The notes beneath the pieces are model-generated. The model worked only from the letters and a program-made list of their open reading frames with translations. It did not search any database and was not told where the DNA came from. From Macrostomum hystrix (Eukaryota > Animalia > Platyhelminthes): a stretch of 64,000 nt of DNA. Both the position numbers and the translations under genes were made by a program. The stretch is taken from the NCBI GenBank assembly GCA_950097015.1, contig CATNEN010000007.1:5828001-5892000 (forward strand), read 5' to 3'. Of the stretch, positions 25,843 to 38,580 are shown piece after piece; position 1 is the first letter of the stretch, and every line of letters starts with the position of its first letter.

Positions 25843-26073
25843 ATGCCGGATTCTGTCACAGTTCGCATCGAGTTCGGCGCTGCCTGCCCGAATCACGGAG
25901 CGCCGGAGTTCGCGAAGCTGGCGCGCGCCCTGCCCAGCCTGTTCCCAGATAGCCGGGTGGCGGTGATGCCCTACCAGATGACCGAGTATTTTAATCACTT
26001 CCGTGTCCATGTGGACTGTTATCTCATATTCGATTCGTACACTCGCTACCCGCCAGTTATGGAGGTTGCCAAG
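25843..26073 (+). CDS. Rdx (SelW/MIEN1)-fold-like protein exon 1
   Basis: MPDSVTVRIEFGAACPNHGAPEFAKLARALPSLFP...HFRVHVDCYLIFDSYTRYPPVMEVAK; gccATG context, GC3-rich, AAG/GTAACG donor, 231 nt; family assigned by eye. Confidence 0.7.
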
Positions 26074-26410
26074 GTAACGCCTGTGAACAGTAATTATTTA
26101 ATTTTCTAAATAATCCGTAGGAATCCGCATTTTTGTAATACTAGCCTGCATAGTATACTCGCAGTAGTATAATATGTACCAGCGCTTGCAAATGATATCA
26201 AATTCGCACAGGTGTCAACTGTCTATGTAACAATATATATGAAAACATATAGCCAGCCGTCCACTGTCGCACGAATCGTAGCTACCAATAACTACTATTG
26301 ATTGGTAAATTAAAAAAATTGGCAATATAATCAATTCAATAATGTATAAAACAATTGCCGAAATTGTTACATGAAATTTTGTGAGCAGAAAAAGTATGCC
26401 TTAACACCCC

Positions 26411-26530
26411 GACTAGAATCGTTGAATGTCTCGACGATGCCGATGTTTCTTGATTCTGGAAGTTGTTTCATCGGACACAGAAGAAAATTTTTAGCCCTTG
26501 ACGATTTTCATTGCGATTGGTTGAATATTA
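26411..26530. mobile_element. Second copy of the dispersed repeat at 20411-20530
   Basis: gactagaatcgttgaatgtctcgacgatgccgatgtttcttgattctggaagttgtttcatcgga...gcgattggttgaata aligns with the 20.4 kb copy. Confidence 0.6.
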
Positions 26531-26639
26531 TAGGATATGCAGGCAAAGGCGTGATAATCTGCTTGTAAAGTAAAGATGTACATTTTCCAAGAAAACGAAA
26601 GCAGACCTGACATTTTGCCACCCGCCGCTTACCGCCCAG

Positions 26640-26855
26640 TGCGTCTGGACTTTCCTGCACAACGCCAAGCCAAATGAGATTCCGCACAGCCGCGGCATTC
26701 CATTCAGCTACTGGCGCTGCCCGGAGCACGACGGCAAACTGCAGCCCAGGCAGGAGGGCGCCTGCGCTGCCAGGCACAGCTTCATCCGATCCGCTGAGTC
26801 TGGAAAGCTCGTTGGGTTCTCAGTTGGCAGAAGCAGCTCATCGAAAACTGTATGA
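26640..26855 (+). CDS. Rdx-fold-like protein exon 2 (total 148 aa)
   Basis: CAG acceptor at 26639, phase 0, CVWTFLHNAKPNEIPHSRGIPFSYWRCPEHDGKL...SKTV-TGA; AATAAA at 27037. Confidence 0.68.
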   Translation, partial: CVWTFLHNAKPNEIPHSRGIPFSYWRCPEHDGKLQPRQEGACAARHSFIRSAESGKLVGFSVGRSSSSKTV

Positions 26856-27281
26856 ACTCTTTATCTTTAACACAGACAGTTTAAATTTTCCCCACGCAAC
26901 TATTTGTGAAATCACTTTATAGGTTTTAGACATACTAATGACCTTAAAATCGTTACTTGCAGTAGTCAGTTGCTGAGTTTTTTTATCTTTATTTATTGAT
27001 TATTTATCCATAATCGAAAAAAAGTAAAAAAACAGCAATAAAATGTTTCTAACACGATAGTTTTTTTCTCCGGTTCTTATTTTGGAAGCCAAAGCAAGCA
27101 TTAAGGCACAAGCATTTTAGGAAAACAGCAATCAATGGTTTCTTAAAATAAGTAAAAGCTGAATTTGAAAAAAAGTTCATTTGAGCCATTTTCAGACGCA
27201 TAGAAAATCACAGTTTGTCTTCTCGCTGAAATCCGAACCTAAATGCGCCTAGAGAACACTTTCACGGTGCTAAACTTAGAT

Positions 27282-27407
27282 CTACTGCTTCTTGTAGAAC
27301 TTCTTCAGCTGCTCATCGCTGAGGCTCTCGGCGACCTCCTCGGCCTTGTCCACAATGAACTGCACCGGATCGGCTGGACGCTCGAAAACGATGGCCGCCG
27401 TCAGCTT
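27282..27407 (-). CDS. TEX55: TEX55-like exon 2 (total 122 aa)
   Basis: KLTAAIVFERPADPVQFIVDKAEE...KKQ-TAG; RP.DP..F motif of D/D domains; CAG acceptor, phase 0. Confidence 0.8.
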   Translation of the reverse strand, partial: KLTAAIVFERPADPVQFIVDKAEEVAESLSDEQLKKFYKKQ

Positions 27408-28031
27408 CTGCGATGAAGTCAAAAAGTCATGTCATAATCAGATCTTTGTAACAGTTTAAATTTCACCAAAGCACATTAAAGAGAACTATATTTCTCTTTT
27501 TCTTATGGAATTTGCTCTTTAAGACCATGTGAATATGTTGCAATAAAGGTTAATTCAACAATATGTGGGATATATATTTAACAATTCTATTAAATTCTAC
27601 AAGCTAATGGAATTATTTTATTGGTATTATTTGTGTAGGTTTCTTTATAATATTGTCTGCTTACTATATATTGATATTCAAATTGTAATAAATTGAAATT
27701 ATTATATATTTTCTTTAATAAATGTCTCTATTATATATTTGCTTTTAGAATAATTTATGAATTCTCTTATTTACTAATTCATTTTGTCCTAAAGATATAT
27801 TTTTACCGTGCATCGGATGTTATACAATTTTTTAAACATCCATGTATACTGTAGTTTTGTACAGTAATTTAATGTACAAAATGATATCTTAATGTTTTTT
27901 ATGGATATAAAAAGTAGTAATTAAAAATATAATTTTTATTTAGCATTTATGAAGTAAAGAAATATGATAATAAATACAATGTACAGGCAGCCGGTGTTTA
28001 AAAAACAAATGCTTTGGGTCAAATTACGCAC

Positions 28032-28274
28032 CTGAAAAAACTGGATGATGTTGTGCTCTTCCAAGTAGTCCATCGCTTTAAAATAAGGGTCCTGCACAAC
28101 TTCTGGCTTTTTTTTGTCTCCATCACCTTGATCAGATCCAGGCATTGCAGACTCGTCTTCCCTCTTATTTGTGGCTGACGGCTCTGGCTTCGCTGCAGTG
28201 GAGGGTCGCGAGTTTGACACGCTGACAGACACATCTGACATGTTGTCTGGAGTATTAGCATCCTCCTGCGACAT
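28032..28274 (-). CDS. TEX55: TEX55/C3orf30-like D/D (RIIa/Dpy-30-like) domain protein exon 1
   Basis: ...DPYFKAMDYLEEHNIIQFFQ resembles TEX55 DP...A..Y.E.HNI.Q.FQ; CAG/GTGCGT donor, 243 nt. Confidence 0.78.
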
Positions 28275-29497
28275 TTTATTACAGACGGTGAATAAAATTA
28301 ATTAAATATTTATAAATGACGAAGAGTATTTTTTAAGTCTGTCAATTTAGATTAGTTTAGTATAAATAAATTATATAACAAGTTCTGTGTTAAAATTTCT
28401 GTGTGGATACTAGTTGCAAATTTACTATTGCACTTCTAGAACCTATCAAAGTTTCAACGTATAAAAAACTTTATTTGTTCTTATTTACTATTTTTACTTA
28501 TTTTTTCTACCATCATAGCGTAAAGTTTGTTTTAATCTACTTCCTGCCGGTGTCACCCCACACGGGAATAAGTTTCAGTCAGTGTCTAAAATTGGCCTCG
28601 TTAAAACTACAATCAAAAAGGGCGAAACACAGAAATTTTATGCAATTGGAAGGTTAATTTTAACACAGCAAAAATCTACTCCAAAAATGGAGTCACCAAA
28701 TTGCTGCGTGCAGGCCGTACCAATGATTAGTGACGTATAAACGTTACTTTAATTTGTGAGCCGGTTTGTGCAGCGCTAACAAACCGATGTTAGTGCCATC
28801 GTGCGTACTATGTGTTTATGTACATTGACTCCCATCCCTCACTGTTTTGCGGGGGGTAGTTTTAAGCCCGACTCAGGCCAATCTGCTCTCTCACCGCGAT
28901 AGTTTTTAAATTTTTGAATTGTTTGAATTGTTTCGTTTTAAGTTCTAATAAATTGATGGAAATCGACCATTTCTTCGTTCAATAGAGGTTGTCGTTGCTG
29001 CCCCAATCGCTGTCTTGAATCCTTCTTCTTCTCAGAACTGGGAGCACTAATCGTCTTTTGCCCCTTCAAGAAGTGAAGTTATCTTATAAAAATTGGATAT
29101 TGCTATGAAACAGGCTAGCGACAAAATCATACTGTGAGCGTCTTGAAAATATACAGCCACAATACTGCTAATTCACACGACCTTCGATCTCGTAAAATAA
29201 ATGAATGATTGTTGGGCTAAGTTTCTAAATGAACAGTGTTCGCATATCAAATAAAAGTCGAGAATCTGCAAATTAATAAAAGAAATTATACTGGCGAATG
29301 CGCTTCAAATGTATTTTTCCAGCTCGATTTAGATTAAATAAATGTGAACAGAAACCGAAATTTTCAAGCTTAATTCAATCCCACTGGGAAATCGATCTCG
29401 CTATGGTTTCGTCGGCTCATTGTGTGTAAGTGAAAACACGGCGTGCACTTTTGTAGAGCTGCTCTGACATGGCCGAGCCACCGAACTGTGTTAGGCT

Positions 29498-29790
29498 GGG
29501 TACAGTATCTGTGAGCGTGTGCCTGTGTACAGTATCTGTCAGCATGTGCCTGTGTACAGTATCTGTCTGTGAGCATGTGCCTGTGTACAGTATCTGTGAG
29601 CGTGTGCCTGTGTACAGTAACTGTGAGCGTGTGCCTGTGTACAGTAACTGTGAGCGTGTGCCTGTGTACAGTAACTGTGAGCGTGTGCCTGTGTACAGTA
29701 TCTGTGAGCGTGTGCCTGTGTACAGTATCTGTGAGCGTGTGCCTGTGTACAGTATCTGTGAGCGTGTGCCTGTGTACAGTATCTGTGAGC
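29498..29790. repeat. 27-bp minisatellite gtgagcgtgtgcctgtgtacagtatct
   Basis: Tandem periodicity. Confidence 0.93.
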
Positions 29791-30225
29791 GATCTCACTG
29801 GCTGCAGGTCTAGGTCACAAAATGATGTGCCATTGCCCAGAGCCCTCCAACAAATAAAAAAAAATTATTGCTGCTCAACCGTATCTTTCCACAGTGGTGT
29901 CTTCTGCATGCTCCAACGTAACTGCAAGTCTAATAACTTGTTTTACTGGTCACTGACGCCATTACTGCCGTCTGCTGCCCTGCTTCTGCTGCCCTGCTTC
30001 TGCTGCTTCTGCTGCTGGAACCTGAGTGTTTGCCCCCTCCCAGCGCGCCTCATGAAAAATTAACAATCCATTCCTGCACTGTTCGATGGGCCCCAAAACT
30101 CCTTTGCCAGCTCCACTCTCACTTGCTCACCTCGCTCCACTTCTATTCACTATCAAAGCAATCGATTCCTATGCACCCTAGGCTTGCTTGGCAAACAGCT
30201 CTCGTTTGCATCTAACATTTTTTGG

Positions 30226-33200
30226 TCTCAACCTCTCTCACCCCCAGCCTCACCCTCTCACACCCCCAGTCTCACTCTCTCTCACCCCAGTCTCACTCTC
30301 TCTCACTCCAGTCTCACTCTCTCACCCAAGTCTCACTCTCTCTCACCCTCAGCTTCACTCTCTCTCACCCCCAGTCTCACTCTCTCTCACCCCAGTCTCA
30401 CTCTCTCTCACTCCAGTCTCACTCTCTAACCCAAGTCTCACTCTCTCTCACCCTCAGCTTCACTCTCTCACACCCCCAGTCTCACTCTCTCTCACCCCAG
30501 TCTCACTCTCTCTCACTCCAGTCTCACTCTCTCACCCAAGTCTCACTCTCTCTCACCCTCAGCTTCACTCTCTCACACCCCCAGTCTCACTCTCTCTCAC
30601 CCCAGTCTCACTCTCTCTCACTCCAGTCTCACTCTCTCACCCAAGTCTCACTCTCTCTCACCCCAGTCTCACTCTCTCTCACTCCAGTCTCACTCTCTCA
30701 CCCCCAGTCTCACTCTCTCTCACCCCAGTCTCACTCTCTCTCACTCCAGTCTCACTCTCTCACCCAAGTCTCACTCTCTCTCACCCTCAGCTTCACTCTC
30801 TCACACCCCCAGTCTCACTCTCTCTCACCCCAGTCTCACTCTCTCTCACTCCAGTCTCACTCTCTCTCACTCCAGTCTCACTCTCTCACCCAAGTCTCAC
30901 TCTCTCTCACCCCAGTCTCACTCTCTCTCACCCCAGTCTCACTCTCTCTCACTCCAGTCTCACTCTCTCACCCAAGTCTCACTCTCTCTCACCCCAGTCT
31001 CACTCTCTCTCACTCCAGTCTCACTCTCTCACCCAAGTCTCACTCTCTCTCACCCTCAGCTTCACTCTCTCTCACCCCCAGTCTCACTCTCTCTCACCCC
31101 AGTCTCACTCTCTCTCACTCCAGTCTCACTCTCTAACCCAAGTCTCACTCTCTCTCACCCTCAGCTTCACTCTCTCACACCCCCAGTCTCACTCTCTCTC
31201 ACCCCAGTCTCACTCTCTCTCACTCCAGTCTCACTCTCTCACCCAAGTCTCACTCTCTCTCACCCTCAGCTTCACTCTCTCACACCCCCAGTCTCACTCT
31301 CTCTCACCCCAGTCTCACTCTCTCTCACTCCAGTCTCACTCTCTCACCCAAGTCTCACTCTCTCTCACCCCAGTCTCACTCTCTCTCACTCCAGTCTCAC
31401 TCTCTCACCCCCAGTCTCACTCTCTCTCACCCCAGTCTCACTCTCTCTCACTCCAGTCTCACTCTCTCACCCAAGTCTCACTCTCTCTCACCCTCAGCTT
31501 CACTCTCTCACACCCCCAGTCTCACTCTCTCTCACCCCAGTCTCACTCTCTCTCACTCCAGTCTCACTCTCTCTCACTCCAGTCTCACTCTCTCACCCAA
31601 GTCTCACTCTCTCTCACCCCAGTCTCACTCTCTCTCACCCCAGTCTCACTCTCTCTCACTCCAGTCTCACTCTCTCACCCAAGTCTCACTCTCTCTCACC
31701 CCAGTCTCACTCTCTCTCACTCCAGTCTCACTCTCTCACCCAAGTCTCACTCTCTCTCACCCTCAGCTTCACTCTCTCTCACCCCCAGTCTCACTCTCTC
31801 TCACCCCAGTCTCACTCTCTCTCACTCCAGTCTCACTCTCTAACCCAAGTCTCACTCTCTCTCACCCTCAGCTTCACTCTCTCACACCCCCAGTCTCACT
31901 CTCTCTCACCCCAGTCTCACTCTCTCTCACTCCAGTCTCACTCTCTCACCCAAGTCTCACTCTCTCTCACCCTCAGCTTCACTCTCTCTCACCCCCAGTA
32001 TCACTCTCTCTCACCCCAGTCTCACTCTCTCTCACTCCAGTCTCACTCTCTCACCCAAGTCTCACTCTCTCTCACCCTCAGCTTCACTCTCTCACACCCC
32101 CAGTCTCACTCTCTCTCACCCCAGTCTCACTCTCTCTCACTCCAGTCTCACTCTCTCACCCAAGTCTCACTCTCTCTCACCCCAGTCTCACTCTCTCTCA
32201 CTCCAGTCTCACTCTCTCACCCCCAGTCTCACTCTCTCTCACCCCAGTCTCACTCTCTCTCACTCCAGTCTCACTCTCTCACCCAAGTCTCACTCTCTCT
32301 CACCCTCAGCTTCACTCTCTCACACCCCCAGTCTCACTCTCTCTCACCCCAGTCTCACTCTCTCTCACCCCAGTCTCACTCTCTCTCACTCCAGTCTCAC
32401 TCTCTCACCCAAGTCTCACTCTCTCTCACCCCAGTCTCACTCTCTCTCACTCCAGTCTCACTCTCTCACTCCAGTCTCACTCTCTCTCTCACCCAAGTCT
32501 CACTCTCTCTCACCCCAGTCTCACTCTCTCTCACCCTCAGCTTCACTCTCTCACACCCCCAGTCTCACTCTCTCTCACCCCAGTCTCACTCTCTCTCACT
32601 CCAGTCTCACTCTCTCACCCAAGTCTCACTCTCTCTCACCCCAGTCTCACTCTCTCTCACTCCAGTCTCACTCTCTCACCCAAGTCTCACTCTCTCTCAC
32701 CCTCAGCTTCACTCTCTCTCACCCCCAGTCTCACTCTCTCTCACCCCAGTCTCACTCTCTCTCTCACTCCAGTCTCACTCTCTCACCCAAGTCTCACTCT
32801 CTCTCACCCTCAGCTTCACTCTCTCACACCCCCAGTCTCACTCTCTCTCACCCCAGTCTCACTCTCTCTCACTCCAGTCTCACTCTCTCTCACTCCAGTC
32901 TCACTCTCTCACCCAAGTCTCACTCTCTCTCACCCCAGTCTCACTCTCTCTCACTCCAGTCTCACTCTCTCACCCCAGTCTCACTCTCTCTCACTCCAGT
33001 CTCACTCTCTCTCTCACCCAAGTCTCACTCTCTCTCACCCCAGTCTCACTCTCTCTCACCCTCAGCTTCACTCTCTCACACCCCCAGTCTCACTCTCTCT
33101 CACCCCAGTCTCACTCTCTCTCACTCCAGTCTCACTCTCTCACCCAAGTCTCACTCTCTCTCACCCCAGTCTCACTCTCTCTCACTCCAGTCTCACTCTC

Positions 33201-33900
33201 TCTCACCCCAGTCTCACTCTCTCTCACCCCAGTCTCACTCTTTCTCACTCTAGTCTCACTCTCTCTCACCCCAGTCTCACTCTCTCTCACCCCAGTCTCA
33301 CTCTCTCTCACTCCAGTCTCACTCTCTCTCACCCAAGTCTCACTCTCTCTCACCCCAGTCCCACTCTCTCTCACTCCAGTATCACTCTCTCACTCCAGCC
33401 TCACTCTCTCTCACCCCAGTCTCACTCTCTCTCACTCCAGTCTCACTCTCTCACTCCAGTCTCACTCTCTCTCACCCCAGTCTCACTCTCTCTCACCCAG
33501 TCTCACTCTCTCTCACCCCAGTCTCACTCTCTCACCCCAGTCTCACTCTCTCACATATCAGTCTCAACCTCTCTCACCACCCGTCTCACCCTCTGACCCC
33601 AGTCTCACTATCTCACTCCAGTCTCACTCTCTCACACTTCAGTCTCAACCTCTCCCACCACCGGTCTCACCCTCTGACACCCTCAGCTTCACTCTCTCAC
33701 ACCCCCAGTCTCAACCTGTCTCAGCCCAGTCTCACTCTCTCACCCCAGTCTCACTCTCTCTCACCCCAGTCTCACTCTCTCTCACCCTAGTCTCACTCTC
33801 TCTCACCCCAGTCTCAACCTGTCTCACCCTTACTCTCACCCTCAGTCTCACCCTCTTCCCCCTCAGTCTCACCCTCTCTTACCCTCAATCTTACCCTGTT
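30226..33900. repeat. 3.7-kb CT-rich satellite, ~19-23-bp units with higher-order structure
   Basis: cagtctcactctctctcacc variants; rare taac variant every 707 bp. Confidence 0.95.
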
Positions 33901-34811
33901 ACATCCTTAGTCCCTACCTTAGTCTCACCGTCTCTCACCTGACAAAGAAATTCTGATGACTTTTTTACATTTTTCATTTTCAATGCCTTCGGGGTTTCTC
34001 TCTCTCTCCATCTCTCTCTCCATCTCTCTCTCCATCTCTCTCATCCTATTATTTCTCCCTACGCCCATCAACCTCTCAAACAGTTTCTGTCTCTGTCTTA
34101 CAGTTTCTCGTTGCTTTTCTGTCAGTTCTGTCGAATCCATTTTGCCTCACATTTGCCAATGCAGTGCACTCCCTAACTCCATCTTCTAGCAGAGCGAATA
34201 ATTCAGTGCTCTGTGTGAGCCAGGCGAGTTCATTGTAAAGAGCGGAAAGGTTGGACCCAAATGGCGGACTTTCATGAAAATCGGTCATTCGGTTTGGGAG
34301 CTGTCGTGAAGTGGGCAGTGGGTATTTGAAATACCTCTTAGTCTTTCCCCAGGGAGAAAATAGCGTGCTTTTTACTGTTGAGTGCGTCACATAATCTTTT
34401 ATTCTGGTCCGTTTCTGGAGACAAACATTTTACACCCGGTAAAAGTGCTTCAATCAACTGCCCAGCTTTCAGCACTTTTTAAAATCTGCCCTACCTGTAC
34501 TATGCCCCGCCGCAAGGAAACTCATAAAATGTATAGAAAAGTTATTTCCCATAAAACCTATTCAGCTCATGCAGAGTTAATCAATTCCCAAAGCCCTGAG
34601 CTATCAAGGTTGAGAAGCTGGATTCCAGGAAATTGAGTCGAAGCAGCATCACTGGCAGCGGCCTTTGACGCCAGACAGCAACCTTACCTACGCTGGCCAA
34701 TGCAAACTTGTTCCTAATACATTCCTCACTGAGAAATCTTTTGTGTCCTTCGATCACATACAATTTATTACGAAGGCTACGGGAAGTAATATTATTGAAT
34801 AGTTAGCTACC

Positions 34812-35165
34812 TTGTGGGACTACCTGGGCACTATTGACCATAGAATTCTATATTACCACTTAGACTTAGGTACCAGTATACATTGTGGGACTACCTGGGC
34901 ACTATTGACCATAGAATTCTATATTACCACTTAGACTTAGGTACCAGTATACATTGTGGGACTACCTGGGCACTATTGACCATAGAATTCTATATTACCA
35001 CTTAGACTTAGGGACCAGTACACATTGTGGGACTACCTGGGCACTATTGACCATAGAATTCTATATTACCACTTAGACTTAGGTACCAGTATACATTGTG
35101 GGACTACCTGGGCACTATTGACCATAGAATTCTATACTACCACTTAGACTTAGGGACCAGTATAC
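34812..35165. repeat. 71-bp tandem repeat, ~5 copies
   Basis: Units start at 34812, 34883, ... Confidence 0.95.
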
Positions 35166-35879
35166 GCGTGTGCCTCAAGGACCACTAGAAGAAGGACGGA
35201 AAACTTCGTTTCTTGGAAAAATGTATTTGAAGGCTAAATCACTGCTGGCAATCAAACAGAAAATGAATTAAAAAATTTCATTTTTACGTAGGTTCCTTTA
35301 AAAAAATATTTTCATAGAAATTATACAGATCATCCTTCAAATGTGAACATTGTCGAGTTAGAAATTAGACTTTCAACTTTAGAAGTTAGAAGTTATTGCA
35401 TAGCGCTTCTAAAAGCAGTTCAGTCTGTGGACATAGGAGGCTGCCATACCCCCATAGTTGCTACTGTTAGTTGATGCTGGTCCCAATATTACAGCTGGGC
35501 GAACTGAAGAATTGTCACAGCAAATCTCGGGTAGGACGCACTGCCAGAATCGAACTAGGGGGAATATGCGGTCCCGTGGGCGCACGCAGCACAGAATGTA
35601 ACCAGATAGCGAAGACAACGCGCGCACATCCGAACAGCGGGGGGGACATTTCAACGGTTGAATCAGCTGCGGTGTTCGACCTTCAACCAGCGCGTCCCCG
35701 AACACACCCCCCACCCTCAATCAGCTCTCCTCTCCGGGATAAAGAATTCACGCGACTGTTTAAGTCCCCAACCCCGGATACGCATGGACCCACCCAGACC
35801 CCAGATTCACGATTGGCTGTCCCAACTCGTACTTTGAGTTCAGTGTGTGCGTGTGTGTGCCTGCGCGGTCCTGCTGAAT

Positions 35880-36147
35880 AAGAACAGGAGGAAATCGAAG
35901 CAGAGGCGGCTGCAGTGCGGTGTTTTCTGTCTCTTCCCCACTCTTTCTCTCGTCGCTCACTTGAAACCAACCTCCCCAATACGCTGTGTGAGCAGTGCTC
36001 ACAGTGTACAGTGGCAGCACACTGGCTCAAAGACTCCGCTGCAGGCCTGTTTCGCCAATTGAGCCACCAGACTAACCACCGTTTTAACTTGCGAGTTTTC
36101 CGGACAGACAAAAACAGAATTCGGCACCGCTAGACAAGGCAAGCAGG
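35880..36147 (+). other. Putative non-coding 5'UTR exon of Slo2 (start approximate)
   Basis: Strong donor CAGG/GTGAGT at 36148; candidate acceptor tttcaacag at 37209 before the first coding exon. Confidence 0.4.
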
Positions 36148-36244
36148 GTGAGTTCTTTGACTCCTCAGATCCAGCCTCAATGTTATAACCTATCCAGCCT
36201 CCATCACGTCTTCAATCTAGCCTCTACGAGCTATTTTACCCTCA

Positions 36245-36762
36245 ATCCAGCCTCTATCATATCCTTTATCCAGCCTCTATCAAACCCTCTATCCAGCCTC
36301 TATCAAACTCTCTATCCAGCCTCTATCAAACCCTTTATCCAGCCTCTATCAAACTCTCTATCCAGCCTCTATCAAACCCTTTATCCAGCCTCTATCAAAC
36401 CCTTTATCAAGCCTCTATCAAACCCTTTATCCAGCCTCTATCAAACCCTTTGTCGAGCCTCTAGCAAACCCTTTATCCAGCCTCTATCAAACCCTTTATT
36501 AAGCCTCTATCAAACCCTTTATCCAGCCTCTATCAAACCCTATGTCAAGCCTCTATCAAACCCTTTATCAAGCCTCTATCAAACCCTTTATCCAGCCTCT
36601 ATCAAACCCTTTGTCAAGCCTCTATCAAACCCTTTATCAAGCCTCTATCAAACCCTTTATCCAGCCTCTATCAAACCCTTTGTCAAGCCTCTATCAAACC
36701 CTTTATCCAGCCTCTATCAAACCCTTTATCAAGGCTTTATCAAGCCCTCTATCCAGCGCCTC
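36245..36762. repeat. 23-bp minisatellite atccagcctctatcaaacccttt
   Basis: Tandem periodicity. Confidence 0.93.
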
Positions 36763-37271
36763 TAATCCGATATTTTTACATTTTCAGTCAGTCCTTCCTG
36801 ATTAGGACAAAATGTAATCAGAGCGAGTATCGAAATTAGCGACACCATTTTTGGAATGTAGCGTCAAATTTGTCTTACGTCTCCCCACCCGATCGGCATC
36901 GTCCTACTGAGTCCGGCGCGTCGAGTCCTTCGCCCGAGTGAGCCGCAATGCTCAGCTCAAAGGACGAGCCGCAAACGAAGACACTTCTCCGGGGCGGGGA
37001 AGGGGAGGCGGGTGGCGGACGATTGAGGCTGCTCAGCCCTCCCTGATGGCATCGAATCAGCCTCATCTCCAGCAGAGGATTTACCTATTGGGATTTCTCA
37101 TCGCCGACTGTCCTCCAACCCCGGCTCTCCCTCGCCTTCCTCTCCGCGGGCCATCCCTTTCTTGTCTCCAGTTTTTTGGCCTCTTAATTTTCTTTAAATA
37201 TTTCAACAGCAAAGCATAGCGGAAACCCAGAGAGCCCACAGTCAACTCGCAAGAGCAGGACTCGAGAGCTG

Positions 37272-37522
37272 ATGCCAATGGACCGCTCAAACCGAAACAC
37301 TTGCAGCGGCGGCAGCGGCGCCTCTTCTCCAGCCACAGCCCAGTCGACAACCGTCAGGCCGAGACCAGCTCAACCGCAGCTCATCGCCGGAGGAGCCGCT
37401 GCCATGTCCGACGAAGAGGTCCATGTCGGCGCCTCAGCGCTGCCGCCGATGGCACCCCGCTACCGCCTCAGAGACGTCTTCCTTGGAGGCGACTTCGCAG
37501 CCGGTGACGATGACTCCGATCA
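37272..37522 (+). CDS. slo-2/KCNT: Slo2/KCNT K+ channel N-terminal coding exon 1a
   Basis: LPPMAPRYRLRDVFLG matches KCNT PPLPPRYRFRDLLLG; CA/GTGAGC donor, phase 2; start may be ATG 37272 or a later Met. Confidence 0.88.
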
Positions 37523-37533
37523 GTGAGCCGCCA

Positions 37534-37548
37534 GTCTGTCTGTCTGCC

Positions 37549-37637
<89 letters not shown>

Positions 37638-37716
37638 GCCTGTCTGTCTGTCTGTCTGTCTGCCTGTCTGTCTGTCATAGTGTCTGTCATAATGTCTGTC
37701 ATAGTGTCTGTCATAG

Positions 37717-37797
<81 letters not shown>

Positions 37798-37892
37798 GCC
37801 TGTCTGTCTGTCTGTCTGCCTGTCTGTCTGTCTGTCTGTCATAGTGTCTGTCATAGTGTCTGTCATAGTGTCTGTCATAGTGTCTGTCATAG

Positions 37893-37933
<41 letters not shown>

Positions 37934-38004
37934 GCCTGTCTGTCTGTCTGTCTGCCTGTCTGTCTGTCTGTCTGTCATAGTGTCTGTCATAGTGTCTGTC
38001 ATAG

Positions 38005-38049
<45 letters not shown>

Positions 38050-38050
38050 G
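37534..38050. repeat. (TCTG)n microsatellite with tcatagtgtctg inserts
   Basis: Begins ~11 nt after the exon 1a donor. Confidence 0.95.
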
Positions 38051-38580
38051 CAGAACATTGTATAAAGGCACAAACTCAGGAAAATAGTAAAGCGAAAAAC
38101 AGTTATGCTTAAGTTTACTTAACAAAAAATCGGAGAAATCACATTGAAATCCATTATTTCTGTTCTGTCGTTATGGTTTTTAGAACTCACTCACAACATG
38201 AGCTCACCGAAACCACGGGAGTGCCAGGGGATTATTCTGATTCCGATCCTCACTACCCCTACTGCACAGCTTGACTTTATTGCCACCTTTACCAACCTCC
38301 CCTCGCCCGTATCCTCAATCTGGGATCAGGCAGGATTGGGATTTGGCAAGTTAGAATGGCAAACTTTTTAGCCTCTCTGTGACTGAGATTTTTCATCTGA
38401 GACTGGCAGGCAGGCAAGGAGGGGTTGGCTGGGCTATAAAAATGCGCGCAAGAGGGGCCGAGCAGACAGGAATCCGGATGGTCATTGGGATTAATTAACG
38501 CACGAAATCCCCGCACTGTCCAAGTGTCATCGCGGTTCTATTTTCTTGCCTTGCCAACGAGTCTTGTTTGGTCTGGCTCG

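Noticed and set aside
30188-31843. 551-aa Ser/Leu/His ORF
   Set aside because: CT satellite translation
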